This document shows positions 45,554 through 54,903 of a DNA stretch of 64,000 bases, in pieces. The position numbers and the translations under genes were made by a program. This stretch comes from Anaerohalosphaeraceae bacterium (lineage in GTDB: Bacteria > Planctomycetota > Phycisphaerae > Sedimentisphaerales > Anaerohalosphaeraceae), in the NCBI GenBank assembly GCA_963675155.1, contig OY775912.1, forward strand, positions 296,058 through 360,057, in the 5' to 3' direction. Positions within the stretch are counted from its first letter, which is position 1, and every line of letters starts with the position of its first letter. Under the pieces are notes generated by a model. The model was not told where the DNA came from. It saw nothing but the letters and a program-made list of their open reading frames with translations, and searched no databases.

Positions 45554-46909
45554 ATGTTTCGAATGGCATTTCATCTCTTCTGGGCAGTTATCATATTCAC
45601 ACAGGCGTGCGGCGTATCTGCAGAAGCAATTTATCCGGAAAGGTTTACGGATGAAGATGCCCAATTGTTGGACGAAATTACTGAAGCCAGCTTTTCATTT
45701 TTCTGGCGTGAAGCGGATGCTGAATCCGGGCTGGTTAAAGACCGGTCCAATCACAATGTTTGCAGTGTTGCCTCATTGGGATTTGGCTTGGCGGCATTGC
45801 CTGTCGGAGTTGAGCGGGGGTATGTGTCCTATGAAGCTGCGAAGGAAAGGGCTTTCAGGGCTTTGCGGACACTGGAACAATCGAATGCACATCACCAAGG
45901 CATGTTTTGCCATTTTATTGACTTGAAAACAGGCCATACAACGCCGATGGGATATGAAAGCATTGCGTCTTCGGTTGATACGGCTTTAATGGTTGCCGGA
46001 GCGATTGTTGCCGGTGAATACTTTGGAGGAGAAGTCAAGCAGTCAGCCGGACGTCTTTTTGCGAGAGTGGATTGGAAGAACTTTGTGAACCCTGCTAATG
46101 GGCAGGTTTATATGGCTTGGGCTGCCGATACGGCGGGACATATGAACGGCACAGGCAAATTCGAGAAACAAACTTGGGATTGGTATACCGATGAAACGCT
46201 TTTGATTGTTTTGCTGGGGCAGGCTTCTCCGGTTTCAGCACATCGTTTGCCGCCGGAGTCGATGACCAATTGGCATCGGCCTCAAGACAGCTATAAGCAG
46301 GGCCAACCGTTTGTTTACTCATTTCCCGGAACGCTGTTTACCTATATGTTTGCCCATTGCTTCTATGATTTCAAGGCGATGGGGCCGGATTGTCAGGGGA
46401 TTGACTGGTTTGAGAATACGCGACGGGCAGTGTTGGCCAACCGCGACTGGTGTCGAGATCATGCGGATGAATATGCCAGCTATGGAGAAAATCTGTGGGG
46501 GATTACCGCCGGCTCCGGTCCCAACGATCGATATGTTGTTCCCGGGCACCAACCATGCGGAGAAAAGACGGACCGACCGGAGTCCGGTACGCTGCATCCG
46601 TATGGAGCGGGTATGTCTGTGCCGTTTGCCCCGGCTGACGCGATCGCATCCCTTCGATATATGCGGACTCTGAAAATCAAGGGGGAAAAACCGGTTTGGC
46701 GATCTGTTGAAGATGGCGGATATGGGTATTGGGACGGTTTTAATGTCGATGAAAATTGGGTTTCAGATCATGTGATTGGAATCGCACAGGGTCCGATGCT
46801 TTTATTGATTGAAAATGCTCGTAGCGGATTGGTTTGGGAATTAATGATGAAGAATAAATGGGTTCGGTCCGGGATTCATAGAGCCGGTTTCAAGTCCATT
46901 CATCACTGA
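45554..46909 (+). CDS. secreted six-hairpin glycosidase-like protein, paralog family B (glucoamylase-like/DUF3131-type; possibly GH144-like beta-1,2-glucanase)
   Basis: Signal peptide MFRMAFHLFWAVIIFTQACG. FSFFWREADAESGLVKDR...ASLGFGLAALPVGVERGY block shared with 54904 and 57975. RBS ggagg. Confidence 0.5.
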   Translation: MFRMAFHLFWAVIIFTQACGVSAEAIYPERFTDEDAQLLDEITEASFSFFWREADAESGLVKDRSNHNVCSVASLGFGLAALPVGVERGYVSYEAAKERAFRALRTLEQSNAHHQGMFCHFIDLKTGHTTPMGYESIASSVDTALMVAGAIVAGEYFGGEVKQSAGRLFARVDWKNFVNPANGQVYMAWAADTAGHMNGTGKFEKQTWDWYTDETLLIVLLGQASPVSAHRLPPESMTNWHRPQDSYKQGQPFVYSFPGTLFTYMFAHCFYDFKAMGPDCQGIDWFENTRRAVLANRDWCRDHADEYASYGENLWGITAGSGPNDRYVVPGHQPCGEKTDRPESGTLHPYGAGMSVPFAPADAIASLRYMRTLKIKGEKPVWRSVEDGGYGYWDGFNVDENWVSDHVIGIAQGPMLLLIENARSGLVWELMMKNKWVRSGIHRAGFKSIHH

Positions 46910-46926
46910 AGTTTTTTTGGATAAAA

Positions 46927-46945
46927 ATGAAAACGTTTTTACTGG
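46927..46945. promoter_or_regulatory. LacI-family operator-like palindrome (site 3) upstream of the phosphorylase-like gene
   Basis: ATGAAAACGTTTTTACTGG; reverse orientation of site 2. Confidence 0.5.
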
Positions 46946-46996
46946 AATTAAAGCAGCAAAACCTGAATGACGGTTTAACACCGGGGATTATGTGAC

Positions 46997-49900
46997 ATGA
47001 AGTTTAAAGAGAGTACACTTATTGAAAAAGACCAGATTCATCGTCTCGGGAACGGGGCGGGATTAGGTTTTGCAATACATAAAAACGGAAGCATTCATCG
47101 TATCCGGCATGAGGCAATTCAGCTTGACCTCTTTGCCGGCTCTCCGTTGGAAGCCGGGTGCAGCAATATTTATTTGCGTATTCGAGGCAAAGAAATCGTT
47201 GCGGTTCCGTTGATAGGGCCCGGTAGTTCCGGTAGCCACTATTTCGGTGAAGACTTTTTTGGCGTTAAGGGCCACTTTGGCGGGATATCATTTTCGTGCC
47301 GGTTATTGCTTGCCGATCAGTCACCTTGCTGGTTTTGGGAGATCCACCTGGTTAATAACAGCTCACAAGCTGTGCAGGCTGATCTCGTTTATGTACAGGA
47401 CGTTGGCTTGATCCCGGCCGAAAGCGGTGAAAATAACGAACTTTATATCAGCCAGTATATTGATTACACCGCATTGGACAGTGAGCGATACGGGCACGTC
47501 GTATGTTGTCGTCAAAATGAACATGTTCCGGGGCGTATTCCCTGGTTAGCGTTAGGATCGTTGGGCTATACAGAAAGTTTCTCGACGGACGGCATGCCTT
47601 TTTTGGGTGCGCAGTACCGGGTAACGGGTGTGCCAAAAGGATTGTCTTCGGCTCATCTTTCGGGACTTTTGCAAAAAGAAACAGCGATTGTTGCGTTACA
47701 GGAAAAACCGTTTAATCTGAAGCCGCAAGAATCCCGGCAGAGTGCTTTTTTCGGTGTTTATTGTGAGCATCATGAGTTGCAGACAGATCTGACTGATCTT
47801 GATTTTATTCATTCACGTGTGGATTCTTTTGATCTTCAGAGTATTGATATCTGGCCTGAGGAATGTGTTGGAAGTGAGCCTGTCCAGAGCCTTTTTTCAC
47901 AAAGTACGCTTTGGTCGGGCGATGATCTGACGGAAGATGATCTGGTGGGTCTTTTCGGCGATGAGAAGCGGCATTGTGAGTTGCTGAATGGTGATCTGCT
48001 TTCATTTTTTTACGGTGAGAATCAACACGTTGTTTTGAGGCGCAAAGAAATTCTGGCTGAACGGCCTCATGGGCATATTATGAAAAGTGGATCTTCGCTT
48101 GTGCCTGCCGATTCCGTAATGAGTTCGACGGCCTATATGTATGGTGTTTTCCACTCGCATGTCTGCCAGGGTAATGTAAACTTCAACCGGTTTTTGACGG
48201 TGAATAAAAGCCCGTTTAATCTGACCCGGCATACAGGTCAACGTATTTTTATTGAATTGGCGGGTTGTTATCACCAATTGGCAGTGCCTTCGGCTTTTGA
48301 AATGAGTTTAAACGGTTGCCGGTGGATCTATAAACGCGATGGACTGCTTTTTGAAGTCATTGCCCGATCGAATCCGGATGATCCGGAAGTGGCACTTCAG
48401 CTTCGTGTCATCAATGGGCCGCAACTTCGATGGCTGATTTCAAATGAACTCGAGCCGGAACATGGTTGGACATTTACGCGGCCATTATTGCCGCTTCAGA
48501 AAGATCAATCGATTCAATTTGTTCCCTCGCAGGAAAGTCAGCTTGCTCAGTTATATCCCGGTGGCACTTTTAAGATGTATTTTGAAAATCCGGAATACGT
48601 TAAGCAAATTGGCGGAGATGAACTTTTATTTTCTGACGGCAAGAGCCGCGGCCTATCTTTCGCTGTTATTACTATTGGCCAAACAAAAGATTTTACGCTC
48701 CGACTGTGCGGGCATCTGGCGAGTGCCGGTGAGACGATGGAATATATCGATCTGGATGCCGGTAAACAATTTTCTATATGGCAGGGAATGAGTTCAGGGC
48801 TTCGGGTGTGCCTGCCGCCGAAGGCCGATTGCCGTGAGATGGATGAAATCGTTGAGATATTACCTTGGTTTGCTCAAAATGCACGGATTCACTATCTCAC
48901 GCCGCATGGTCTTGAACAATACGGCGGGGCTGCTTGGGGGACGCGTGATATTTGTCAGGGGCCGCTGGAGATGCTATTGAGTCTGGGGTATTATCCGCAG
49001 GCCAGGGACATTTTGCGCCGGATTTTTTCAAATCAGAATGCTGATGGTAACTGGCCGCAATGGTGGATGTTTGACCGCTATGATCAAGTGCGATGCTCCG
49101 AAGCCCATGGCGACGTGATTCTCTGGCCGATTCTGGCTTTGAGCGACTACCTGGCGGCTTCGGGAGACTATGAATTTCTTGAAACCGAGCTGCCTTTTTA
49201 TATTGCCGGACAGTCCGGTAATCACGAATCCGTCAGTGTGCTGGACCATGTTCTCAGGTGCTTTGAACATATTGAATTACATCGTTTTACGAACGGTAGT
49301 TCGCTGCTGAACTATAGCGAAGGTGACTGGAACGATGCGATGCAGCCGGCCAATCCAAAACTGAAGGACCGTTTAATCAGCAGTTGGGCGGTGGCTCTGA
49401 GTTTTCAAGCTTTTAAGCGGTTTGCCGTTGCCTGCCGGATGTCGGGGCGAAATGCTTTGGCTGACAAAATTGAGTCACGCTGCGATTGTATTCAGACTGA
49501 CTTTAACAAGCTACTGGTTAGAAATGATGTCGTTGCCGGCTTTGGTTATTTAAATGACTGGCAGGCAATGGACCTGCTGCTTCATCCCTCTGATGGGACA
49601 ACCGGGATTCATTACCGTTTACTTCCGATGATTCGAGGGATTATCAGCGAAATTTTTTCGCCGCAACAGGCTCAATCTCACGCCGATTTGATCGAAAAAT
49701 ATCTCAAAGGGCCGGATGGGGCTCGGCTCATGGATCGTCCGCCTCGGTATCACGGTGGTGTACAGCAGTTCTTTAAACGTGCCGAAAGCAGTCCGTATTT
49801 TGGCCGTGAAATTGGGTTGATGTATACCCATGCTCATTTGCGATATGCCGAAGCTATGGCCAAGTTGGGACGCTCTGAAGAATTCGTCAAGGCGCTTCGT

Positions 49901-50398
49901 CAAATTATTCCGATTCGAATCCAGGATATAATCCCGCAAGCCTCCGTTCGCCAATCTAATTGCTATTATAGCAGTTCTGATGCGGAGATTAGAAATCGAT
50001 ACGAAGTGGATGAGCGTTACGAGGAGATCCAATCGGGGAAAGTGACGTTAAACGGCGGGTGGAGAATTTACTCCAGTGGGCCGGGGATTGTGGTTCGGTT
50101 GATTGTATCGCATTTATTTGGGATACGGCACGCGTTCGGGAAAACAATATTCGATCCGGTTCTACCGCGACGGTTCAATGGATTGACAGCTCAGATGGAG
50201 TTCTGCAGTCATCCTGTAACCGTGGAATATAAGATTGGTAAGAAACAGCAGGGTGTGACGGGTGTTGTGATCAATGGCAATGAATGCCCATTTGATCGCG
50301 AGGCGAATCCGTATCGTCCGGGCGGAGCGATGGTAGAAGATGCCGCAATACGGGCTTTACTGGAGCGGCGGGGCAATCGGATTAAGATTACTCTTTAA
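46997..50398 (+). CDS. large cytoplasmic (alpha/alpha)6-barrel glycoside phosphorylase/hydrolase-like protein (GH94-like size and organisation; GH149/GH161 are alternatives)
   Basis: 1133 aa, no signal peptide. Helical barrel region (GNWPQWWMFDRYD...HGDVILWPILALSDYLAASGDYEFL). Sits between a LacI regulator and a sugar symporter. Confidence 0.45.
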   Translation: MKFKESTLIEKDQIHRLGNGAGLGFAIHKNGSIHRIRHEAIQLDLFAGSPLEAGCSNIYLRIRGKEIVAVPLIGPGSSGSHYFGEDFFGVKGHFGGISFSCRLLLADQSPCWFWEIHLVNNSSQAVQADLVYVQDVGLIPAESGENNELYISQYIDYTALDSERYGHVVCCRQNEHVPGRIPWLALGSLGYTESFSTDGMPFLGAQYRVTGVPKGLSSAHLSGLLQKETAIVALQEKPFNLKPQESRQSAFFGVYCEHHELQTDLTDLDFIHSRVDSFDLQSIDIWPEECVGSEPVQSLFSQSTLWSGDDLTEDDLVGLFGDEKRHCELLNGDLLSFFYGENQHVVLRRKEILAERPHGHIMKSGSSLVPADSVMSSTAYMYGVFHSHVCQGNVNFNRFLTVNKSPFNLTRHTGQRIFIELAGCYHQLAVPSAFEMSLNGCRWIYKRDGLLFEVIARSNPDDPEVALQLRVINGPQLRWLISNELEPEHGWTFTRPLLPLQKDQSIQFVPSQESQLAQLYPGGTFKMYFENPEYVKQIGGDELLFSDGKSRGLSFAVITIGQTKDFTLRLCGHLASAGETMEYIDLDAGKQFSIWQGMSSGLRVCLPPKADCREMDEIVEILPWFAQNARIHYLTPHGLEQYGGAAWGTRDICQGPLEMLLSLGYYPQARDILRRIFSNQNADGNWPQWWMFDRYDQVRCSEAHGDVILWPILALSDYLAASGDYEFLETELPFYIAGQSGNHESVSVLDHVLRCFEHIELHRFTNGSSLLNYSEGDWNDAMQPANPKLKDRLISSWAVALSFQAFKRFAVACRMSGRNALADKIESRCDCIQTDFNKLLVRNDVVAGFGYLNDWQAMDLLLHPSDGTTGIHYRLLPMIRGIISEIFSPQQAQSHADLIEKYLKGPDGARLMDRPPRYHGGVQQFFKRAESSPYFGREIGLMYTHAHLRYAEAMAKLGRSEEFVKALRQIIPIRIQDIIPQASVRQSNCYYSSSDAEIRNRYEVDERYEEIQSGKVTLNGGWRIYSSGPGIVVRLIVSHLFGIRHAFGKTIFDPVLPRRFNGLTAQMEFCSHPVTVEYKIGKKQQGVTGVVINGNECPFDREANPYRPGGAMVEDAAIRALLERRGNRIKITL

Positions 50399-50449
50399 TA
50401 AAGGTTTAAACGGCAGTCTAAGGAACAGAAATTAGATAATCGAGGCAGC

Positions 50450-51850
50450 ATGGACACAAAAAATCATCATTTGACTTCGAAGGAAGACAAGATACCCGTT
50501 CGTCAAAAAGTTGGATATGCCATGGGAGCAATGGCGACCAATGTTGCGATTAATTCGATCGCTAATCTGACGACCCTGATTTACAACATTGGCCTTGGAG
50601 TCAGTCCCGTCATGATCGGTATTGCGCAGGGAATCCCCCGGCTTTGGGATGCGATTAGCGATCCGCTTATCGGTAATTTTTCAGACAATACACGAAGCCG
50701 ATACGGCCGCAGGATTCCATATATTTTCGTGGGCAGCATTGCGATGGGGATTACCTTTTGGCTGTTTTGGATGGCTCCACGCGGTTGGGATGAGCGTGCG
50801 ACGTTTGGCTATCTGGTCGTGGTGTCGTTGTTGTTTTATACGGCATACACATTGATGGAGGTTCCACGCGGGGCACTTGGTTACGAGATGACAAACGATT
50901 ACCACGAGCGTACAAGGATTTTTGCGTACTGCAGTTTCTTTGTCAATGTGGGATCTCTGACGATTCCATGGCTTTATTTTTTGGCCAATCTTAAGATTTT
51001 TGGTGATGAAGTGAATGGAATGAGATATGTCGGCCTTGGTTTAGCGTGTTTTCTTGTAGTTTCCGGCATGGTCTGCGCGATTGTGTGTAAAGAGGAAAAG
51101 TTACAGCAAGCACGAAAACAGGAAAAAATTAAGTTCTGGGACAGCATTGTTATTACCTTTAGGAATAAAACTTTTTTGTGGCTGCTGGCCGTTGTTTTTC
51201 TTGTGACAATAGGGTTTTACTTCGTCTCCGGTTTCACCAACTACATTATGATTTATTTTGTTTACGCCGGTGACAAGGCCGCCGCTTCGGTCATGATGGG
51301 CTGGTGTGGAACGTTGTGGTCGACGCTTTCTTTGGTCGGCGTATTTGCGATGACGTGGATCGCCACCCGACTGGGAAAATCAAAAACGGTCATGATCTTT
51401 CTGGTCGTGATGGCTTTGGGTAATCTGCTTAAAATCGTGTGCTATAACCCCGATCGTCCCTGGCTTGTGTTGATCCCGACGGCGTCGCTTTCGATGGGCA
51501 TGCTTGTGTTGTTTTCCTTAATCTATTCGATGATGGCGGATATTTGTGACGAAGATGAATTAAATACCGGCAAGAGAAGGGAAGGCAGTTATCAGGCGAT
51601 CTATGGGCTTTTATGGAAACTTGGAATCGGGCTGGCTTACTTTGCGGCCGGCGCTTTGCTGGAGAGTACCGGTTTTGATGAAGACCTTGTGACACAGGAG
51701 GCTTCGACACTGTTTTGGCTTCGATTCTGGGATATTGCATTGCCGTCTTTTGTCTGTCTTTTGGGGGCCTCCCTGTTGGTCAAATACCCACTGACGGAAG
51801 AACGCGCATATGAAATAAAGATAATTCTTGAAGAAAGAAGGAAAAACTGA
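50450..51850 (+). CDS. MFS transporter of the glycoside-pentoside-hexuronide (GPH):cation symporter family
   Basis: GPH signature DAISDPLIGNFSDNTRSRYGRRIPY. 12 predicted TM segments. Confidence 0.8.
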   Translation: MDTKNHHLTSKEDKIPVRQKVGYAMGAMATNVAINSIANLTTLIYNIGLGVSPVMIGIAQGIPRLWDAISDPLIGNFSDNTRSRYGRRIPYIFVGSIAMGITFWLFWMAPRGWDERATFGYLVVVSLLFYTAYTLMEVPRGALGYEMTNDYHERTRIFAYCSFFVNVGSLTIPWLYFLANLKIFGDEVNGMRYVGLGLACFLVVSGMVCAIVCKEEKLQQARKQEKIKFWDSIVITFRNKTFLWLLAVVFLVTIGFYFVSGFTNYIMIYFVYAGDKAAASVMMGWCGTLWSTLSLVGVFAMTWIATRLGKSKTVMIFLVVMALGNLLKIVCYNPDRPWLVLIPTASLSMGMLVLFSLIYSMMADICDEDELNTGKRREGSYQAIYGLLWKLGIGLAYFAAGALLESTGFDEDLVTQEASTLFWLRFWDIALPSFVCLLGASLLVKYPLTEERAYEIKIILEERRKN

Positions 51851-51865
51851 CGATAACGTATTATA

Positions 51866-51880
51866 GTAAAAACGTTTTCC
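51866..51880. promoter_or_regulatory. LacI-family operator-like palindrome (site 4) just downstream of the MFS gene
   Basis: GTAAAAACGTTTTCC. Confidence 0.4.
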
Positions 51881-51988
51881 TCTTTCGCGGCGTTTTTTAT
51901 TGAAATCTGAAGAATTCATAAAGCTATTTTTTGAATAGGCTTACGGGTATTTCGGTCGATTTGTGCAGTAACTGTAGGGATTTTATTC

Positions 51989-52028
51989 TTGACTTGTATT
52001 CGCAAAAAGAGTAAAAACGTTTTCATGG
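51989..52028 (+). promoter_or_regulatory. sigma-70-like promoter (TTGACT-N17-TAAAAA) with overlapping LacI-family operator palindrome (site 5) upstream of 52155..52787
   Basis: TTGACT at 51989-51994, GTAAAAACGTTTTCATGG at 52011-52028. Near-duplicate of the 44359..44398 module. Confidence 0.5.
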
Positions 52029-52154
52029 CAACGTCAGATAATGCGAGTGATTAAACATTGGCTTTGGACTCATGAGTTCTCGGTAGATCCGGGATTGAAC
52101 GATTGTTGAATGTATTCAAGGAAATGTAAATTAGGAATGTTAGGAGGATTGACG

Positions 52155-52787
52155 ATGAAAAAGAATGTGATGGTATTGGTATTGATCGGGTGTTTGGTGT
52201 CAAATGTCCAGGCGAATCTATTGCTCAATGGCGGCTTTGAAGATGGCGACTTGGGTCAATTGGGTTCGGTGACGATTAACAACTGGATAACATGGGGTGA
52301 CAGCGGTTGGCACCATAATGATGCCGGTTTCAAGTTTGATGAAAAGGGTATTAAGCTCTGGCATGATTCGACGGGTGTGTATCAGGATTTCGATGTAGTT
52401 GTTGGGACTGAATATACGGTTGGTCTCAGTGCAATTACCGCCGGCAGCGATGCCCTGAAAGGCTGGGATGGTGTGGTTAAAATCGAATGGACAGATGCCT
52501 CGTGGATAAATGTAGGCGGAAGTGAAGTGGGTCGGTTTTATGGAGCGAAAGATGACAAGGGTATTGCCGGTGATGCCAGTGACACATGGAAAGAGATTTC
52601 CGGGGCGGCAGTTGCTCCGGCCGGCGCTGTTCACGGCCGACTGGTATATTATCTGGAGCAGGCGGACAATTGGGAATCCACAACCGGCGGCAGCCTTTAC
52701 TGGGATAATGCTTTTGTGACCCCCGAGCCTGCGACCCTTATTTTGTTGGGACTTGGCAGTGTCGTATTAGGCAGATGCAAAAAATAA
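52155..52787 (+). CDS. PEP-CTERM-anchored CBM-like (CBM4/9-type jelly-roll) protein
   Basis: Signal peptide MKKNVMVLVLIGCLVSNVQA. NGGFEDGDLGQ...W motif. Ends TPEPATLILLGLGSVVLGRCKK* (PEP-CTERM). Confidence 0.65.
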   Translation: MKKNVMVLVLIGCLVSNVQANLLLNGGFEDGDLGQLGSVTINNWITWGDSGWHHNDAGFKFDEKGIKLWHDSTGVYQDFDVVVGTEYTVGLSAITAGSDALKGWDGVVKIEWTDASWINVGGSEVGRFYGAKDDKGIAGDASDTWKEISGAAVAPAGAVHGRLVYYLEQADNWESTTGGSLYWDNAFVTPEPATLILLGLGSVVLGRCKK

Positions 52788-52811
52788 ATGGTTTATGAAA
52801 GGACGTGCGTT

Positions 52812-54788
52812 ATGAGAAAAATAGTAGTCGTAATTGTTGCTTTGGCATGCTTAGCTTCGGGCAGCGCATCTGCAAACATTCTCTATAATGACGGTTTTGA
52901 AGAGGGTGACTTAGGACAGTTCAGTTCGGTTGACATTCCCGGCTGGGTTGCATATGGCAGCAGCGGCTGGCATCATGAAGACGGCGGTGCCCACTTTGAT
53001 GCCAAGGCTATCAAGGAATGGTCGGATGACACCGGGATTTTCCAGGATTTCGATGTTATTGTCGGTATGGAATATGATTTCAGCGTCTATGCGATCAGTC
53101 TTGATTCGGATGCCGGCGGTCTTCACGGCTGGGATGCGGTTTTCAAGGTTGAATGGCTGGACAGTGATTATGTTCTTATTCGTGCAGATGAAATTGGACG
53201 TTACTATGGCATTAAAGACGCCGGTTCTTCCGGACAGGCGGGCGATCCTTTGAACACATGGAAGTTTCTGTCAGGTACAAAGACGGCTCCATATCCGGCG
53301 GCTGTTGGCAGGGTGGTACTGCATTTGACGGATGGAGACAGCGGATATACGGCCAAAAGCGGTTCGATTAACTGGGATAACGTAACTGTTGCAGTCCCTT
53401 ATAGCGCCGAAAATCCCACTCCGCCTAACTATGCAAACAATCTTGTGCCTTCTGAGGTTACGGCTCTGTACTGGGATCGGCCCGAACCGCGTCAGGCGGG
53501 AAATACCGTTTTGTGCGATGTCTGGTTCGGCATCGATCCCAATGTGCCGGGTAACAATACGTTGATTCTTGATCATCAAGATGCCGATTCGGTTTCGATT
53601 GGACCGTTGGATTCCGATCAGGATTACTATTGGCGAGTGGATTGCTATGATCCGAATGGCATGACGTATATTAAAACCCAAGGAGTTGTCTGGACATTTA
53701 ACACGGGCAACATTGCTCCTGTGGCCGATGCGGGTGATAAGCAAAAAGTCTGGCTTGAGTCAGGAGCAGCGTCCGTGTCTCTGGACGGTACAGCTTCAGA
53801 TGACGGCCAGCCGGACCCTCCCGGACAATTGTCGTATACATGGACGGTGATTGACGGTCCTGCCAATGTGGTTTATACACCTAGCAACCAGGTTGAGGAC
53901 CCGACTGTTATGTTTACAACGGCGGGTGACTATGTCTTTGAGTTGTTTGTCAGTGACGGTTTAGCGGATGCCAATGATGTGGTTACGGTTCAGGTGTATC
54001 CCGAAGGTTATACCGGCTTAATTGCACATTGGACATTGGACGAAACGAGCGGCACGACGGCGGCTGACAGCATTGGCGGCCATGATGGTACGCTGGTTGG
54101 CGATGCAGCCTGGACTTCGGAAGGTAAGGTCAATGGTGCGATTCTTCTGGACGGTGACGGCGATTACATTAACTGCGGCGGCGGAACGGATGCAAACACG
54201 CTTTCCTGGGCGGATCTCACCGAAGAAATGACGGTTGCTGCCTGGATGAAGGGTACGTTTGATAAGTCGTGGCAGGCGATTGTCAACAAAGGCGATTCCA
54301 GTTGGAGGCTCTTTAGAGATTGCGTGAACGGCGATTCGGATAACGCCAGCTTTACTTGCAGTAATATTGGTGCAGTTGCATCCGGAAATACCGGCAGTGT
54401 GAATGATAACAAATGGCATCAGGTTGTCGGGACTTATGACGGTGTTTATCTGAGCATCTATGTGGATGGCCTTTTGGCTGTGTCACAACGGCATGATCAG
54501 GGCACCATTGCCGTGAATGATTATAATGTGTTCATCGGCGGAGATGATCAGTTTCCGGGTCAGCGTGACTTCACTGGGTTGATCGACGAAGTTCGAATTT
54601 ATGAAATCGGGCTCTCGGCTGATCAGGTTTTGGATTTGTTTATCGCCGATGGCGGGCAAAACAGTTGCGGACTGGACACGATCGTTGGTGATGTCAACGG
54701 CGACTGTTATGTGGATATTTCCGATTTGTCCGATATGGCCGCCAACTGGCTGCAATGCAATGACATCGCAAATGCAACGTGCCAGTAG
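52812..54788 (+). CDS. secreted multi-domain protein: CBM-like N-domain (paralog of 52155) + Ig/PKD-like domains + LamG/concanavalin-A-like domain + dockerin-like C-terminus
   Basis: Signal peptide MRKIVVVIVALACLASGSASA. YNDGFEEGDLGQ. LamG-like (NKWHQVVGTYDGVYLSIYVDGLL...DEVRIYE). C-terminal GDVNGDCYVDISDLSDMAANWLQC. Confidence 0.6.
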   Translation: MRKIVVVIVALACLASGSASANILYNDGFEEGDLGQFSSVDIPGWVAYGSSGWHHEDGGAHFDAKAIKEWSDDTGIFQDFDVIVGMEYDFSVYAISLDSDAGGLHGWDAVFKVEWLDSDYVLIRADEIGRYYGIKDAGSSGQAGDPLNTWKFLSGTKTAPYPAAVGRVVLHLTDGDSGYTAKSGSINWDNVTVAVPYSAENPTPPNYANNLVPSEVTALYWDRPEPRQAGNTVLCDVWFGIDPNVPGNNTLILDHQDADSVSIGPLDSDQDYYWRVDCYDPNGMTYIKTQGVVWTFNTGNIAPVADAGDKQKVWLESGAASVSLDGTASDDGQPDPPGQLSYTWTVIDGPANVVYTPSNQVEDPTVMFTTAGDYVFELFVSDGLADANDVVTVQVYPEGYTGLIAHWTLDETSGTTAADSIGGHDGTLVGDAAWTSEGKVNGAILLDGDGDYINCGGGTDANTLSWADLTEEMTVAAWMKGTFDKSWQAIVNKGDSSWRLFRDCVNGDSDNASFTCSNIGAVASGNTGSVNDNKWHQVVGTYDGVYLSIYVDGLLAVSQRHDQGTIAVNDYNVFIGGDDQFPGQRDFTGLIDEVRIYEIGLSADQVLDLFIADGGQNSCGLDTIVGDVNGDCYVDISDLSDMAANWLQCNDIANATCQ

Positions 54789-54903
54789 TATTGTATATGA
54801 CTCTTCCCGTGATGCGGGATGATTGACGAAAATAAGCAATAAGAGCGATTGGACGGGAGATTCAATCCTCTTATTGCTCTTTTAAAGAAAAAGAAAACGT
54901 GAC

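Noticed and set aside
51866-51900. AAAAACG…CGTTTTTT as an intrinsic terminator after the MFS gene
   Set aside because: The stem would enclose a 16-nt loop. The motif is better explained as another copy of the LacI-type operator palindrome followed by a T-run; retained only as operator site 4.
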